Source: Escherichia phage REP4. Taken from it: 64,000 bases of DNA. Below are positions 1 through 10,044 of this stretch, piece by piece. Each line of letters starts with the position of its first letter. Within the stretch, counting starts at the first letter, position 1. The DNA lies in sequence record OQ174503.1; one strand, 5' to 3'. The notes under the pieces are model-generated. The model did not search any database. It was given only the letters and a program-made list of their open reading frames with translations, and was not told the DNA's origin. Both the position numbers and the translations under genes were made by a program.

Positions 1-99
1 ACTTGAAGACAGAACTTTGGTTGCATTATCAGCATCAGTACATCCTACTAAAGATACTGCTAATACTATTGCCGCGATAGAACGATTAACATATTTCAT
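1..99 (-). CDS. Lipoprotein-like protein, N-terminal fragment (gene continues left of window)
   Basis: Minus ATG at 99; translation MKYVNRSIAAIVLAVSLVGCTDADNATK has a signal peptide with LVGC lipobox; truncated by window edge. Confidence 0.4.
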   Translation of the reverse strand, partial: MKYVNRSIAAIVLAVSLVGCTDADNATKVLSSS

Positions 100-103
100 A
101 ATT

Positions 104-475
104 TCACTCAAATTTAATGGCTTGAAGAAGACTAATAATTCTCAAGCGACTTCTTTCATCTTTAACTGTAAAAGAAAGAGGGTCGCCAGATTTCATAGTG
201 ATAGTGCATTCAAAATCAAAATCTTCGGAAACTTCTTTGAAGAAGTCAAATTCTTCATCATAAATTAGAACACTACTCCGCAGACTATGAAGAACTTTTC
301 CATCATTTCCAGATGCTGTACTAATCATTGTAACATTATGACCTTTCATATCTTCAACGATAAATTCACTAGTCAATATTACAGCATTAATAGAACTATT
401 CCTATTACTAGCAGAAAGTAGATATTTCTGTTCTTCACCTTCACGAATGCGATATTTCTTACCAATTTTAAACAT
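104..475 (-). CDS. Hypothetical protein (123 aa)
   Basis: ORF track; ATG at 475 sits 2 nt after stop of upstream small ORF (operon arrangement). Confidence 0.55.
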   Translation of the reverse strand: MFKIGKKYRIREGEEQKYLLSASNRNSSINAVILTSEFIVEDMKGHNVTMISTASGNDGKVLHSLRSSVLIYDEEFDFFKEVSEDFDFECTITMKSGDPLSFTVKDERSRLRIISLLQAIKFE

Positions 476-477
476 AA

Positions 478-654
478 TTACCCTTTAAGTAAGTCGTAAA
501 AACCACCATTCACATGCTTAGGAGCAGAAGGCCGACGAGTAGACAAACGATGACATTTAGGGCAAACATCATTTTCTCGTTCAGAAATTTTTTTAATTTT
601 TTCATATTCATGCCCGCAATCTTCAGATTGGCATTTATAATCATACATTGGCAT
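478..654 (-). CDS. Small zinc-ribbon protein (58 aa)
   Basis: Hand-translated: MPMYDYKCQSEDCGHEYEKIKKISERENDVCPKCHRLSTRRPSAPKHVNGGFYDLLKG; two CxxC pairs; AAGGAA Shine-Dalgarno upstream; below 60-aa track cutoff. Confidence 0.6.
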   Translation of the reverse strand: MPMYDYKCQSEDCGHEYEKIKKISERENDVCPKCHRLSTRRPSAPKHVNGGFYDLLKG

Positions 655-656
655 AA

Positions 657-1076
657 TTATTCCTTAAAGTGTGCTTTCAACATCTGATACAAGGACCATG
701 CCTGCTCATTATTTTCAATAATAACTTTCATGACAGGAAATTCGGTGAAATCTTCTATTTGTTCTTGCTCTTCCTGCTCTTGCTCTTCAGCTGCCTGATA
801 TGGATTTTCCACTTCATCAAAGAACCCAGCTTCACTTTTTGAAAGCCAAATAAAGTCTTCATCCAAAACATCTTTGCCAGAAGATAGTACTAAATTTCCA
901 GTAGATGACAAAATTTTAATAGGACGCCCAAGAGCGTCCACATCTAAAATTTTAAAAGGATACATACCTAAACGTCGCGCATAAATTCCGTTATCAGTAT
1001 GGTCTTTAATAAAATTTTCTTGAGCTTGTTTATTTTTAAATTGATACCATTTATTAACTTCAAATTTAATAGCCAT
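657..1076 (-). CDS. Hypothetical protein with acidic [10 protein letters not shown] tract (139 aa)
   Basis: ORF track; low-complexity Glu/Gln tract. Confidence 0.55.
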   Translation of the reverse strand: MAIKFEVNKWYQFKNKQAQENFIKDHTDNGIYARRLGMYPFKILDVDALGRPIKILSSTGNLVLSSGKDVLDEDFIWLSKSEAGFFDEVENPYQAAEEQEQEEQEQIEDFTEFPVMKVIIENNEQAWSLYQMLKAHFKE

Positions 1077-1291
1077 TAATAAATTTCCTTCCAGTAAGTT
1101 GTGCCATCCTCAGTAATTTCACGAAATACACCGTAAATTGGTTGTTTATCACCAACCTTTTCATACACATAAACCGAAGTCAAGTGAGTAAACTTAACGG
1201 TATGTTCCTTTTGAACCACTACCAAATCTGGATCGAATAATACATCTTCAAATTCGTCATTAGTGCAGTTCTGAACAATTTTACGTTTCAT
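1076..1291 (-). CDS. Hypothetical protein (71 aa)
   Basis: ORF track; tightly packed with neighbours. Confidence 0.5.
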   Translation of the reverse strand: MKRKIVQNCTNDEFEDVLFDPDLVVVQKEHTVKFTHLTSVYVYEKVGDKQPIYGVFREITEDGTTYWKEIY

Positions 1292-1304
1292 TACAATTTC
1301 CTCA

Positions 1305-1574
1305 TTAATTGAACAGTGGAGCGATGCGTTTCAGAAGAGTAGCAGCACCTTTGGCAAATTTTACATCATGAAAAACAGTTTCTTCTTCCGTTACAACACG
1401 AACTTTAATATTTTCACAATCCCAATTTTTACGAACAATCTTCAAAAGCTGCAGTAAATCTTTACATTCAGCAATATCGATAACACATCCACGAGAATCT
1501 TCCATTATCGCACGATAACCGTAAGCCAGACCATAATCGTTGAAAGATTGCTCGATGATAATTAAGTTTTCCAT
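1305..1574 (-). CDS. Hypothetical protein (89 aa from ATG at 1574)
   Basis: ORF track trimmed to second Met; start preceded by conserved cassette leader TTGGAGAATAAA-ATG. Confidence 0.55.
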   Translation of the reverse strand: MENLIIIEQSFNDYGLAYGYRAIMEDSRGCVIDIAECKDLLQLLKIVRKNWDCENIKVRVVTEEETVFHDVKFAKGAATLLKRIAPLFN

Positions 1575-1675
1575 TTTATTCTCCAAGTTGTTTTCTGTAT
1601 CAGTAGTTGATATTGATATAGTACCATAATCAACTACTGATGTATATAGTTTTATGAAAAAATTTTAAACTTTAT
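1575..1675 (-). repeat. Promoter-leader cassette copy (degenerate -35) with 11-bp inverted repeat CAGTAGTTGAT / ATCAACTACTG
   Basis: Shares tatcagtagttgata...tatagtacca...ttttatgaaaaaatttt with copies at 21050, 47550, 62373. Confidence 0.5.
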
Positions 1676-2169
1676 GCACAGCGAGCTTTGCTATAGTGTT
1701 TAATCCAACTTTCAGGAATGACTTTGTATGTTCCTAAAAATACCGCGTTGTACAACTTAACGCCATCTTCTACCCATTGATCGGTAATGTATGCACACAT
1801 AGCACGAGTACGATGTTTTTGAACAATCCCTTCCTCATCTTCGGTAAATTCGAATTCATAAGGAGCAACGAACTTAATAGCCTGACCGAGTTTCCACTTA
1901 AAGTCTACACCTACATGCGAAGTATCAATCGTTTCAATTCCTTTAGCAGGAACAGCTTTCAAAAACGCAGACTCAAGAAATTTCGCACGAACATAGCCAA
2001 ACTGAGGTTTAGACTTTCCATCTTTAGGAATGATACGCACTTTTACTTCAGAATCTTCATCTTTAACGCCATGTTTAAGCTGAATGCTTACAATTTCGAC
2101 CAATTTTCCTGCTGCTTTAGAACGGGATTTATCAGATACACGAGCTAATTCACCAATATTAATAATCAT
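1672..2169 (-). CDS. Early protein (165 aa), paralog of 2246..2788; sits where T4 has motB
   Basis: ORF track; C-terminal ITDQWVEDGVKLYNAV matches VTDQWIEDGVELLNVV in neighbour. Confidence 0.6.
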   Translation of the reverse strand: MIINIGELARVSDKSRSKAAGKLVEIVSIQLKHGVKDEDSEVKVRIIPKDGKSKPQFGYVRAKFLESAFLKAVPAKGIETIDTSHVGVDFKWKLGQAIKFVAPYEFEFTEDEEGIVQKHRTRAMCAYITDQWVEDGVKLYNAVFLGTYKVIPESWIKHYSKARCA

Positions 2170-2213
2170 AGTTATCTCTCACTTGTTAAAAAGATTTTAT
2201 ACTCCACAGGACC

Positions 2214-2243
2214 ATTATACTCTGGTCCCAAGAGTTTGTAAAC
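2214..2243 (-). promoter_or_regulatory. T4 early-type promoter (minus): GTTTAC -35, 18-nt spacer, TATAAT -10
   Basis: Plus strand shows attata (2214-2219) and gtaaac (2238-2243). Confidence 0.55.
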
Positions 2244-2245
2244 TA

Positions 2246-2788
2246 TTAATTTAAAATAGCTACCACCGCACTACGAGGTACTACACTAAAATCACCTGCA
2301 TGAACAACGTTCAGAAGTTCAACACCATCTTCAATCCACTGGTCTGTTACCCAACCACAGACCGAAATAAATGGAGTCTTGATAGCTACAGCACGAGTTA
2401 GAAGGTCTGTAGGGTCTTGTTCTTCAACTTCTTGGAACAGGATGAACTCTGCCTCATAAACCAGGATTTTCTCTATTTTGTTATTGTCTAAACGACGACC
2501 GTGGACAATATAAGATTTAGTAAACCATTTACTTTTTTCAAAGTCTTCAACAGTAAATTCGCCTTCACCAAAAACATCAGTCAGAGTTTTATGGCCGGAA
2601 ATCAAGGCATTAGTTTTAATTTCAGGTTCAACCAGTTTGTAGGTTTTGCCGATTTCAATAGCGGTAGTCATAGTAGGTTCCTTAATTTCCAATGGTTTAA
2701 CAGGGCATACATAAGTGCTTACAACATCAAAATCAATCAGTTTAGCTACTGGATTTGGTGTGTATTCAGGATTATAATTAAATTTCAT
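2246..2788 (-). CDS. Hypothetical protein (180 aa), paralog of 1672..2169
   Basis: ORF track; shared C-terminal motif. Confidence 0.6.
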   Translation of the reverse strand: MKFNYNPEYTPNPVAKLIDFDVVSTYVCPVKPLEIKEPTMTTAIEIGKTYKLVEPEIKTNALISGHKTLTDVFGEGEFTVEDFEKSKWFTKSYIVHGRRLDNNKIEKILVYEAEFILFQEVEEQDPTDLLTRAVAIKTPFISVCGWVTDQWIEDGVELLNVVHAGDFSVVPRSAVVAILN

Positions 2789-2790
2789 AA

Positions 2791-3291
2791 TTATCTCATT
2801 TCAATAAAATCTATGAGTTCAGCATGTGATTTGCGGAACATTACTTGGTGCACGCCAATGATAACTTCATCTTCAGGAACTTCGTATACAGCGAGATAAA
2901 ATCCTTTAGAAGATAATTCTTCCCGCTCTTCTCGTGTGAACCATCTCATCATATCATATTCACTAGCGAAAGCAAAATGATAAAGAGCTATAAACCATCC
3001 GGGAATATGATATTCTACTCCAACATAATCTTTCTTGAACTTAGTATTAATTACTATATTAGCGTTTTTAACTAATAGTTTATCTTCATGTGGTAAAGGA
3101 ATTCTTTTATTATTATCGCTATGATGCATAAAATTAGGTCTGTCATAACCTACGTGTAATAGCCACTCTTCGCTCCATGAATCGATTATACTCCTGTACG
3201 GCGTTATTTGAACACAAAGATTTCGACGTATTGTTATAGCATCTTCACAATCAAGAATACTAAACGATGATTCAACACGATAAATTTTCAT
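2791..3291 (-). CDS. Hypothetical protein (166 aa from ATG at 3291)
   Basis: ORF track trimmed to internal ATG with GAGGA Shine-Dalgarno; longer start would overlap promoter. Confidence 0.55.
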   Translation of the reverse strand: MKIYRVESSFSILDCEDAITIRRNLCVQITPYRSIIDSWSEEWLLHVGYDRPNFMHHSDNNKRIPLPHEDKLLVKNANIVINTKFKKDYVGVEYHIPGWFIALYHFAFASEYDMMRWFTREEREELSSKGFYLAVYEVPEDEVIIGVHQVMFRKSHAELIDFIEMR

Positions 3292-3318
3292 TTTATTATC
3301 CTCAGTAGCTATAGTGTT

Positions 3319-3348
3319 ATAATACCACAACTAACCGAGGAAGTAAAC
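3319..3348 (-). promoter_or_regulatory. T4 early-type promoter (minus)
   Basis: gtaaac at 3343-3348, -10-like ataata at 3319-3324, 18-nt spacer. Confidence 0.5.
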
Positions 3349-3354
3349 AACTTT

Positions 3355-4038
3355 TTATCGTTTTGTTGGAAGAGACAGAGGATCGCACTCTTCCTCTGAC
3401 GGAGCATCTTCAAGACCCATAGCATATCGCAAAGCATACTTCATCATCAGGATGTCTTTCGCACAGTCATGAATAGAATCATGTGCAACGAATCCATCTA
3501 AAGTTCCCTTTGGAAGAGGACACGTGGTCATATCACGAACAAGAAGAAGTGCTTCAATTCTGGTACGAATATCACGCTGATTCCAGAATTTACATGGTTC
3601 TAACTTAAATGTGTCAAGTTCATTCTCAGAAACGCCATTAAGACGTTGAATATCGCGAATGAGATCGACTAAAATTGGAAAATCAAACGACATTCCACGG
3701 CACCAGCCTTGAGATTTCCAAGGATCGATGTTATGTGCATTGATGTAATCATTAAATTTTGCAATACCATCGATAGTGCTCACATCTTCATCTGATGGTG
3801 CAATATTTTTTCGAGCTTCGGGAGACTGATTTTTCCACCATTCGATAGTGCTTTTAGTAAAAAGACGATGTCCTTTTTGGCTTTTTAAATCAAACTTGAT
3901 TTTAATGCCGCGTGAAACTAATTCATCAAATGTTTCAACTACTTCTGGATTAGGGTCAAAGGCAATAACAGCCAAATCAATAACAGCTGCCTTTTCACCG
4001 CTTCCCATTGTTTCAAAATCTATAATAAAATCAAACAT
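3355..4038 (-). CDS. dexA: Exonuclease A (DEDD-type 3'-5' exonuclease), 227 aa
   Basis: Length and N-terminal FDFIIDFETMG exonuclease motif; position next to dda as in T4. Confidence 0.8.
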   Translation of the reverse strand: MFDFIIDFETMGSGEKAAVIDLAVIAFDPNPEVVETFDELVSRGIKIKFDLKSQKGHRLFTKSTIEWWKNQSPEARKNIAPSDEDVSTIDGIAKFNDYINAHNIDPWKSQGWCRGMSFDFPILVDLIRDIQRLNGVSENELDTFKLEPCKFWNQRDIRTRIEALLLVRDMTTCPLPKGTLDGFVAHDSIHDCAKDILMMKYALRYAMGLEDAPSEEECDPLSLPTKR

Positions 4039-4313
4039 TAAATTTTCCTCGCTAAATCGCGAATTTGACCTACAGTATAATCTTGGATATAAACTTTATT
4101 AATGGGCTCATCAATAAATTTTGCCATAGATTCAATATCTTTTTGTATCTCTTCAAGACTGTATACTATCTTTAAAGCTTTTTCGCGAATAGTAACATTA
4201 TCAGGTCCTGGATTTTCTTGAATGACAGCTTTAACATTTGCCATAAGAGATTTAAACTGATGCAAACTTAATTCAATCATTAATAACCGCCTTATAAAGA
4301 TGGCTAATTTCAC
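4038..4313 (-). CDS. Hypothetical protein (91 aa)
   Basis: ORF track. Confidence 0.5.
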   Translation of the reverse strand: MKLAIFIRRLLMIELSLHQFKSLMANVKAVIQENPGPDNVTIREKALKIVYSLEEIQKDIESMAKFIDEPINKVYIQDYTVGQIRDLARKI

Positions 4314-4533
4314 CTAAAACATAATCACTGATTATAACAGTTTTCACTTCACCGCAAAAGAATTCTAATGCAATCAAATCTCGTTCAATTTCTTCCAATT
4401 GAAGCATTAACTTTCCCGATTCAATTTTCACGTTTTTGCGATTTTTACTATAAGCTATTTCATAAATTTCACTCACTTTATCTTGAAGCAGATAAAACTG
4501 GTCTTTAGTTATTTCCACAAATAGCTTCCTCAA
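4273..4533 (-). CDS. Hypothetical protein (86 aa)
   Basis: ORF track. Confidence 0.45.
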   Translation of the reverse strand: MRKLFVEITKDQFYLLQDKVSEIYEIAYSKNRKNVKIESGKLMLQLEEIERDLIALEFFCGEVKTVIISDYVLGEISHLYKAVIND

Positions 4534-4765
4534 ATTTAATCAGCAGCTTACAGACACTTTCATCTAGCGTAATTACCGTATCTGTATTACTGTGATATGA
4601 TTGTTTTTCAATTCGTTTAATTGCTAGTATAGTATCACTTATAAGATTAAGCTTATAAAGGAGCTCAGCTCCTGTTACCATAACACTGAGATTATCTTGC
4701 TTATCAGTATGCTTCTTTATACCATCTATTAGACGATTTAAATATTTTGAATTGATGTTAATCAT
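4505..4765 (-). CDS. Hypothetical protein (86 aa)
   Basis: ORF track. Confidence 0.45.
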   Translation of the reverse strand: MININSKYLNRLIDGIKKHTDKQDNLSVMVTGAELLYKLNLISDTILAIKRIEKQSYHSNTDTVITLDESVCKLLIKFEEAICGNN

Positions 4766-4771
4766 ATATCC

Positions 4772-6091
4772 TCACACATAAAACACATCATAACGACCAC
4801 GAGTGACACCAACATAAAGAAGCTGCTGAGCTAGTTCAGCATCTGCATAATGAATGCAAGGTGTATAGATAAAAGCACGGTCTACAGACATACCCTGAGC
4901 TTTATGGAATGTTGATGCGGGAAGTGCTTTCACTTTACTAAACTGTGATTTAGCATCCCAAAAATCGCTCCACGGAGCTTTTCCACCTTTATTCCAATTT
5001 TTATAAGTTTCTGCCGTTTTACCTAAAAATAAGTTAAACTTATACAGCTCTTCATCAGATGAAATTATTTTAATCTTTTCACGATAATATTCATCATCGC
5101 CGTAAGTTTCTACTGTTAAATCCCAATGACGAATTAGATATTCCCCAGAAACACCACGAGCTTTAACAAACGTCGATGTATATTCTGCTTCTATAATACG
5201 AACTAATTGTCCGTTATTAAAAATAATTTCTGACACAGGCTTTCCATCAATTTTATATGTTTTAATTAATGGTTCCTGCATTACAATAATTTCACCGACA
5301 ATAAAATCTTTATCAGTTTCAAAAATCTTTTTACGAATAATGCTATTTAACTTGTCAACAGATTTATTCGTAAATGCCATTACACGATTTTCAAACAAAT
5401 CATCTAGTGATTTGACGATTGAAAAATAATTTACCATAAAATCGCGTAAAGCGGTATCACCAGTAAATCCACGTACTCCATGTCCGTCAACAATTTTATC
5501 ATAAATCCACTTACCGTTACGAACATCAGTAGCTACATCAATAATAGGAGCATTACTGCGTTTAACTTCAGTGAGTTCACACTGATAAAAATCTTTATGT
5601 GTAAAGAATGGACTGATATAAGCAGTGTTTTCTCCTGGGTCAACGGGTCTAATTTGCTTATTATCGCCTATTCCAATTATAGTACACCACGGCGGGATAG
5701 TTGAAAGCAAAATTTTAAATAGCTTTCTATCATACATTGACACTTCGTCGCAGATTAATACCCTGCATTTAGCCAAATCTGGTACTTCTTTTTGTTCAAA
5801 AAGAACGTTTTCTTCGTATGTTACTGGGTTAATTTTAAGAATACTGTGAATAGTACTCGCTTCTTTCCCTGACAGTTTTGAAAGAATCTTTTTAGCTGCA
5901 TGAGTAGGAGCTGCTAAAATAATGCCAGTTTCGCCCGTAGATATTAAGGCTTCAATGATGAACTTAGTAAGAGTAGTCTTACCAGTACCAGCAGGTCCAT
6001 TAATAGTTACATGATGTTTCTTTTCTTTAATAGCCCTCATAACGATGTTAAAGGCATTTTTCTGGCCTTCGGTCAAATCATCAAATGTCAT
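4772..6091 (-). CDS. dda: Dda DNA helicase (SF1B), 439 aa
   Basis: Walker A GPAGTGKTT, Walker B LICDEVSM; 439 aa as in T4 Dda. Confidence 0.9.
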   Translation of the reverse strand: MTFDDLTEGQKNAFNIVMRAIKEKKHHVTINGPAGTGKTTLTKFIIEALISTGETGIILAAPTHAAKKILSKLSGKEASTIHSILKINPVTYEENVLFEQKEVPDLAKCRVLICDEVSMYDRKLFKILLSTIPPWCTIIGIGDNKQIRPVDPGENTAYISPFFTHKDFYQCELTEVKRSNAPIIDVATDVRNGKWIYDKIVDGHGVRGFTGDTALRDFMVNYFSIVKSLDDLFENRVMAFTNKSVDKLNSIIRKKIFETDKDFIVGEIIVMQEPLIKTYKIDGKPVSEIIFNNGQLVRIIEAEYTSTFVKARGVSGEYLIRHWDLTVETYGDDEYYREKIKIISSDEELYKFNLFLGKTAETYKNWNKGGKAPWSDFWDAKSQFSKVKALPASTFHKAQGMSVDRAFIYTPCIHYADAELAQQLLYVGVTRGRYDVFYV

Positions 6092-6399
6092 CGTAAATTC
6101 CCTGCAATTGGTATACTAACAATACGCCCAGTATCTAAAATTCGCCGATATAATCTTTGTGTGTCTACATCAGGCTTAACATGTTTAACTTCTATTTTAT
6201 TAAACCAAAACTTGCGTGGAGTCTCAACTAATCTCGGAATTCCCATACCTAAAGCTAGTCGATACTGCTCTTTAAGAGTTGTAAAAACTTTATCGGCAAT
6301 CTCCCTTTCAAAAAATACAGCAGGACGATGTTCATCAAGAGGAACAGGCACCGCAAATCCATCTTTATCTCTATACACTATCGCATATACATAAAACAT
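6088..6399 (-). CDS. Hypothetical protein (103 aa), dda.1 position
   Basis: ORF track; overlaps dda start by 4 nt. Confidence 0.55.
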   Translation of the reverse strand: MFYVYAIVYRDKDGFAVPVPLDEHRPAVFFEREIADKVFTTLKEQYRLALGMGIPRLVETPRKFWFNKIEVKHVKPDVDTQRLYRRILDTGRIVSIPIAGNLR

Positions 6400-6400
6400 A

Positions 6401-7147
6401 TTATCCTCGGATAAGTTTAAAAATTGAACAATTTAGCGGGTATCCTCTTTTCAGTTTAAGTTTATCAATAAAAGACAAGTTTTGATACCGCTCTACACCT
6501 TGAATAATTTTATCACACATATCATATTGCATTTCTGCTTCTGACAACTTTTTCACAGTTTTCCAATCCGAGCCTTTAAGAAGAACGTTCAATTTAACAA
6601 CTTCAGCGCCTTCTGCTATACGAGAACCATCAATACGAGCTTTGAGTGCTACAATCGTTAGCTTAATGTCAGAGGTTTGTTTTGATTTAGAAAGCTGAGA
6701 AATGTGTTCAATTCGGTTTTCACGTTTTTTCTGTATAGCTTTAATTTGATTATAAGTCTTTTTGATTTTAGCCCATTTCTTTTCATCTAAATTTAGTTTA
6801 TGAACTTTTTTCGCAGATGAACGACCAATTCGTAAAGCAAATAAATCACGCTTTTCAATCAACTCTTCTAAAGTATAATCAGAACGAAATGTATTATACT
6901 TTTTCTTTACTGCAATAACATTCCCTTTAATGTATCCAACGTTATTATCAAAACGTTCTAATGATAATTTCTCTCCTTCAATACGATTATCAAAAGGTTC
7001 TCCCGAGTAAGCGCAAACTTTCTGATCTAAAATGTTCTTAATGTAATTGAAGTCTAAGTTAAAATCTTTAGAACGTCTTTTAGCAGATGCCTGAGTATGC
7101 TCTAAACGACGTGTAATTTTACGAATTTGATTTTTAGACAGTTTCAT
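6401..7147 (-). CDS. srd: Basic lysine-rich protein (248 aa), Srd-like by position
   Basis: Position between dda.1 and modA and ~250-aa size as recalled for T4 srd; no direct motif evidence. Confidence 0.4.
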   Translation of the reverse strand: MKLSKNQIRKITRRLEHTQASAKRRSKDFNLDFNYIKNILDQKVCAYSGEPFDNRIEGEKLSLERFDNNVGYIKGNVIAVKKKYNTFRSDYTLEELIEKRDLFALRIGRSSAKKVHKLNLDEKKWAKIKKTYNQIKAIQKKRENRIEHISQLSKSKQTSDIKLTIVALKARIDGSRIAEGAEVVKLNVLLKGSDWKTVKKLSEAEMQYDMCDKIIQGVERYQNLSFIDKLKLKRGYPLNCSIFKLIRG

Positions 7148-7177
7148 ATTTTTCTCACGGACGGGTTAACTACTTAT

Positions 7178-7207
7178 ACTATAACATTTTTACTTCAGCT
7201 TGTAAAC
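7178..7207 (-). promoter_or_regulatory. T4 early-type promoter (minus)
   Basis: gtaaac at 7202-7207; -10-like actata at 7178-7183. Confidence 0.45.
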
Positions 7208-7263
7208 AACTTTATGAAAAATGCTTTAAAACTTTCATGGTATAATGAATCTAAGTCCTTCCA

Positions 7264-7866
7264 TTATAGATTAAATCCTTCAAAATCAAGAGTATAGATA
7301 GTGTATGTTGAATGCTTTTTATACTCATATCTATCTGCAATTCTAAATACACTTCCAGCTGGTATCATTACTTCCTGTTCATCTGAAACTAATTCCATAT
7401 TACGATAACGATGGCTATCCGGAAACTTAAAACTCGGACTATATTCTTTACAACGTAGAGCTTTTATAGCATACTCCTGAAAATTAAATACCATAGGAGC
7501 TTTGAATTCAAAAATAACTTGCGTGTTGTATTCTAATCCAGAAGCAAAATGCAGAGCTATATTTTTATCATATGAAGCTGATACTACTTTATCAAATGTA
7601 ATAATATCAATTCCTTGATTTAACACCTGCTTAGTTTCAACTGGAACACCTCTCCAAAGAGGTTTATCGTTTGGAACCAAACGAGATTTGATTATTTCAT
7701 TTAACCAAGAATGATCGTCTGGCTTATTAGTAATACAATGAATTAAAAGTTCAATTTCAGATAAATTAAATCCTTCGGAAAGTAATTCTTCACGAATAGA
7801 AGCACGCACCGATGCATCCATTGATTTGATTTTAAAATCTTTTAATTGCATTGCTGAATATTTCAT
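7264..7866 (-). CDS. modA: ADP-ribosyltransferase ModA (200 aa)
   Basis: 200 aa, tandem with a paralog; Arg and Ser-x-Ser features of R-S-E ADP-ribosyltransferases; T4 gene order. Confidence 0.7.
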   Translation of the reverse strand: MKYSAMQLKDFKIKSMDASVRASIREELLSEGFNLSEIELLIHCITNKPDDHSWLNEIIKSRLVPNDKPLWRGVPVETKQVLNQGIDIITFDKVVSASYDKNIALHFASGLEYNTQVIFEFKAPMVFNFQEYAIKALRCKEYSPSFKFPDSHRYRNMELVSDEQEVMIPAGSVFRIADRYEYKKHSTYTIYTLDFEGFNL

Positions 7867-8486
7867 TCAACTACCTCAATATCATACACTTTAAATGTTC
7901 CAAACGAATCGTGTAATTTTTCTTTTGAAATAGAAGTTATTTTATACTTTCCAATTGGAATCATCCATTCTTGTTCATGTACAATCATCATTAAGTTATC
8001 AGTACGTTCTGAATCTAATCCATCAGTATCTTCATATGTATACTTAAACTCAGTATTAGGAGAAGAAAGTATAATATCGCTGATATGGTCAGAGTAATTA
8101 AAAGCTTTATCAGTTTTTAAGCGAAGTACTATTTCAGTGAAATATTCAGCATAAGAAAAAGAACACGCTGTATGCAAACTAGTAGTAAATGAATCTACTC
8201 TGTTCGTTGAAAACACTTCTCCAACTTGTAAATCTTTAATGAGTTCTTTTGTCGATTTTGATATACCACGATATAACTGATAAGGTGATTCAGTTAAATG
8301 CTTTTTAACGATTTTATTCAACTGCCGATGAAGAGCTTCATTCTTTTTGGCTTCCATACATTGCCAAAGAACTGACTGTTCAAAGTCAGTAAATTTTTCA
8401 CAGACCTTTTTATACATATCATATTGAAAATCAACGCTTTCAGCTTTTATAGATAACTGTTCAACATCTGCGGGATTAATAATCAT
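7863..8486 (-). CDS. modB: ADP-ribosyltransferase ModB (207 aa from ATG at 8486)
   Basis: Paralog of ModA; trimmed start has GGAGG Shine-Dalgarno; 207 aa. Confidence 0.7.
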   Translation of the reverse strand: MIINPADVEQLSIKAESVDFQYDMYKKVCEKFTDFEQSVLWQCMEAKKNEALHRQLNKIVKKHLTESPYQLYRGISKSTKELIKDLQVGEVFSTNRVDSFTTSLHTACSFSYAEYFTEIVLRLKTDKAFNYSDHISDIILSSPNTEFKYTYEDTDGLDSERTDNLMMIVHEQEWMIPIGKYKITSISKEKLHDSFGTFKVYDIEVVE

Positions 8487-8511
8487 GATAGCCTCCATAT
8501 ACTTCAGAAGC

Positions 8512-8542
8512 TATCATATCATTGTTAGGAAGGAAAGTAAAC
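8512..8542 (-). promoter_or_regulatory. T4 early-type promoter (minus)
   Basis: gtaaac at 8537-8542 with TATGAT-like -10. Confidence 0.45.
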
Positions 8543-8553
8543 AACTTTTTGAA

Positions 8554-8736
8554 TTATTTTGCCCAGGGAGCCCAGGGCGGAGGGTCAAGATGGTATGAAG
8601 CTAGTTCTTCTAGAAGAGCATCTGGGGCTTCAATTCCATAATTCTGTAATACTATACGGTACTCTTTCTTATAATCATTAGAATCATTCTGGATATTCGT
8701 AGAATGATTATCTTCTAACATCTCAAATAAATCCAT
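8554..8736 (-). CDS. Hypothetical protein (60 aa)
   Basis: ORF track. Confidence 0.45.
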   Translation of the reverse strand: MDLFEMLEDNHSTNIQNDSNDYKKEYRIVLQNYGIEAPDALLEELASYHLDPPPWAPWAK

Positions 8737-8744
8737 ATTAATTC

Positions 8745-9215
8745 CTAGCGATAAAAACCAAAATAACGATTAGTTTCAATAATCTTTCTTTCTTCTTCGG
8801 ACATTCTCCAGCGTAGTCCAACATCAAAATGAGCCCAGACCATCTTAACGAATGCATTTATATCTTTAATATCTTCAATAATGAATGTTTTACTTTTAGA
8901 AGGTTGACTCGCTAATTTAACTTTATCGTCTTCAAACAGGTCAAAAAGACCATATTCATGAGCTCTTTTATAGCCTTTAATAGTTAAAGCTTCAGAAGAA
9001 GAAAATGGTGAATCAGTATTCTGCAAAATATCTTCAGTATGCTTTATAATTAGAATAACATTTTCTGGATATTTTCTTTCTTTTATATCTTTAATTAAAA
9101 TATCCGGATTTTCTGCTAAAGGAATAATTAATGAGCACTTTTTATCAAGTGTATTTACCGATTTACCTTCTTTAGACATAAATTCTATTGAATAATGTTT
9201 TGCTACTTCAATCAT
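8745..9215 (-). CDS. Hypothetical protein (156 aa)
   Basis: ORF track; GAGGAAA Shine-Dalgarno before ATG 9215. Confidence 0.6.
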   Translation of the reverse strand: MIEVAKHYSIEFMSKEGKSVNTLDKKCSLIIPLAENPDILIKDIKERKYPENVILIIKHTEDILQNTDSPFSSSEALTIKGYKRAHEYGLFDLFEDDKVKLASQPSKSKTFIIEDIKDINAFVKMVWAHFDVGLRWRMSEEERKIIETNRYFGFYR

Positions 9216-9360
9216 GTGATTTCCTCTTGCCTACTAATGGGCCATCAGGAATTTTGTTTTCCTGAATGTATTTCTCATTTTCTTCCATCATTTTACTGCC
9301 AATTTTAAGAAGCAAATCCATTGCTTCATTTGCTTTAGCTTTAGCCTCTTCTAGCGTCAT
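9208..9360 (-). CDS. Small hypothetical protein (50 aa)
   Basis: Hand-translated [21 protein letters not shown]...; stop overlaps next start; below track cutoff. Confidence 0.35.
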   Translation of the reverse strand: MTLEEAKAKANEAMDLLLKIGSKMMEENEKYIQENKIPDGPLVGKRKSHD

Positions 9361-9368
9361 ATCTCTGT

Positions 9369-9572
9369 TCACGATTTATCCCCATAGATGTCTCTCATCA
9401 ATTTAAGCGCTGAGCGTTCTAATTTCTTTTCTTTCTCAACGCTAATCATTGATTTCATCCATTCTTCTGATTCGTTCTGCATTTCTTTATTTGCTTGTTC
9501 AACCCAACCATCATCAATGTACATTGAGTTTGGTCTATTGAACCATTCAAACATTTTCTTCAGAACTTTCAT
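9369..9572 (-). CDS. Hypothetical protein (67 aa)
   Basis: ORF track. Confidence 0.5.
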   Translation of the reverse strand: MKVLKKMFEWFNRPNSMYIDDGWVEQANKEMQNESEEWMKSMISVEKEKKLERSALKLMRDIYGDKS

Positions 9573-10044
9573 TTATTTTACCTAAAACAACAGTAGGAGC
9601 ATCATCAAATTTATGAATTTTGAGTAAATTTGGATTTAAATTATTCCATAAAGAGGTAATAAAATATGATAGCGCATTTTCTTCTGTAATTATAAATTTA
9701 TTTCCCTTATCTATTTTCCAGTCATATATTGAATCATATGAATATAATGGCAGCGGTTTATTGTTATAATATGCTTCAGAAACATCAATATAGTTAGATT
9801 TAGTAAATGCTTGAATTGACATAAATGGAGAATTTCGTACAGTTTCAATAATTCCGATCTTTTTAAGTTTTATTTCAACATCTTCTGGAACTGGCATTGA
9901 AATAAAATCTTCTACTAGATACATGTTATTATCATATCTTTTATCAATCATTACTGCTACTGTAATTGGAACATCTTTAGCAAACGACATACTATTACTA
10001 CTAATATACATTTCAAACAAAATCGCTTCCATAATTTTCCTCAA
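9547..10044 (-). CDS. Hypothetical protein (165 aa)
   Basis: ORF track. Confidence 0.55.
   Translation of the reverse strand: MRKIMEAILFEMYISSNSMSFAKDVPITVAVMIDKRYDNNMYLVEDFISMPVPEDVEIKLKKIGIIETVRNSPFMSIQAFTKSNYIDVSEAYYNNKPLPLYSYDSIYDWKIDKGNKFIITEENALSYFITSLWNNLNPNLLKIHKFDDAPTVVLGKINESSEENV

Noticed and set aside
1777-2148. Plus-strand ORFs in the track that overlap minus-strand genes (for example 1777..2148, 2501..2899, 26211..26627, 22537..22824, 58131..58493)
   Set aside because: They lie antisense to well-supported minus-strand genes, lack Shine-Dalgarno sequences and have low-complexity translations; treated as shadow ORFs.
7238-7246. Plus-strand extended -10 TGGTATAAT
   Set aside because: No plausible -35 at correct spacing and no plus-strand ORF downstream; it would only drive antisense transcription into modA.
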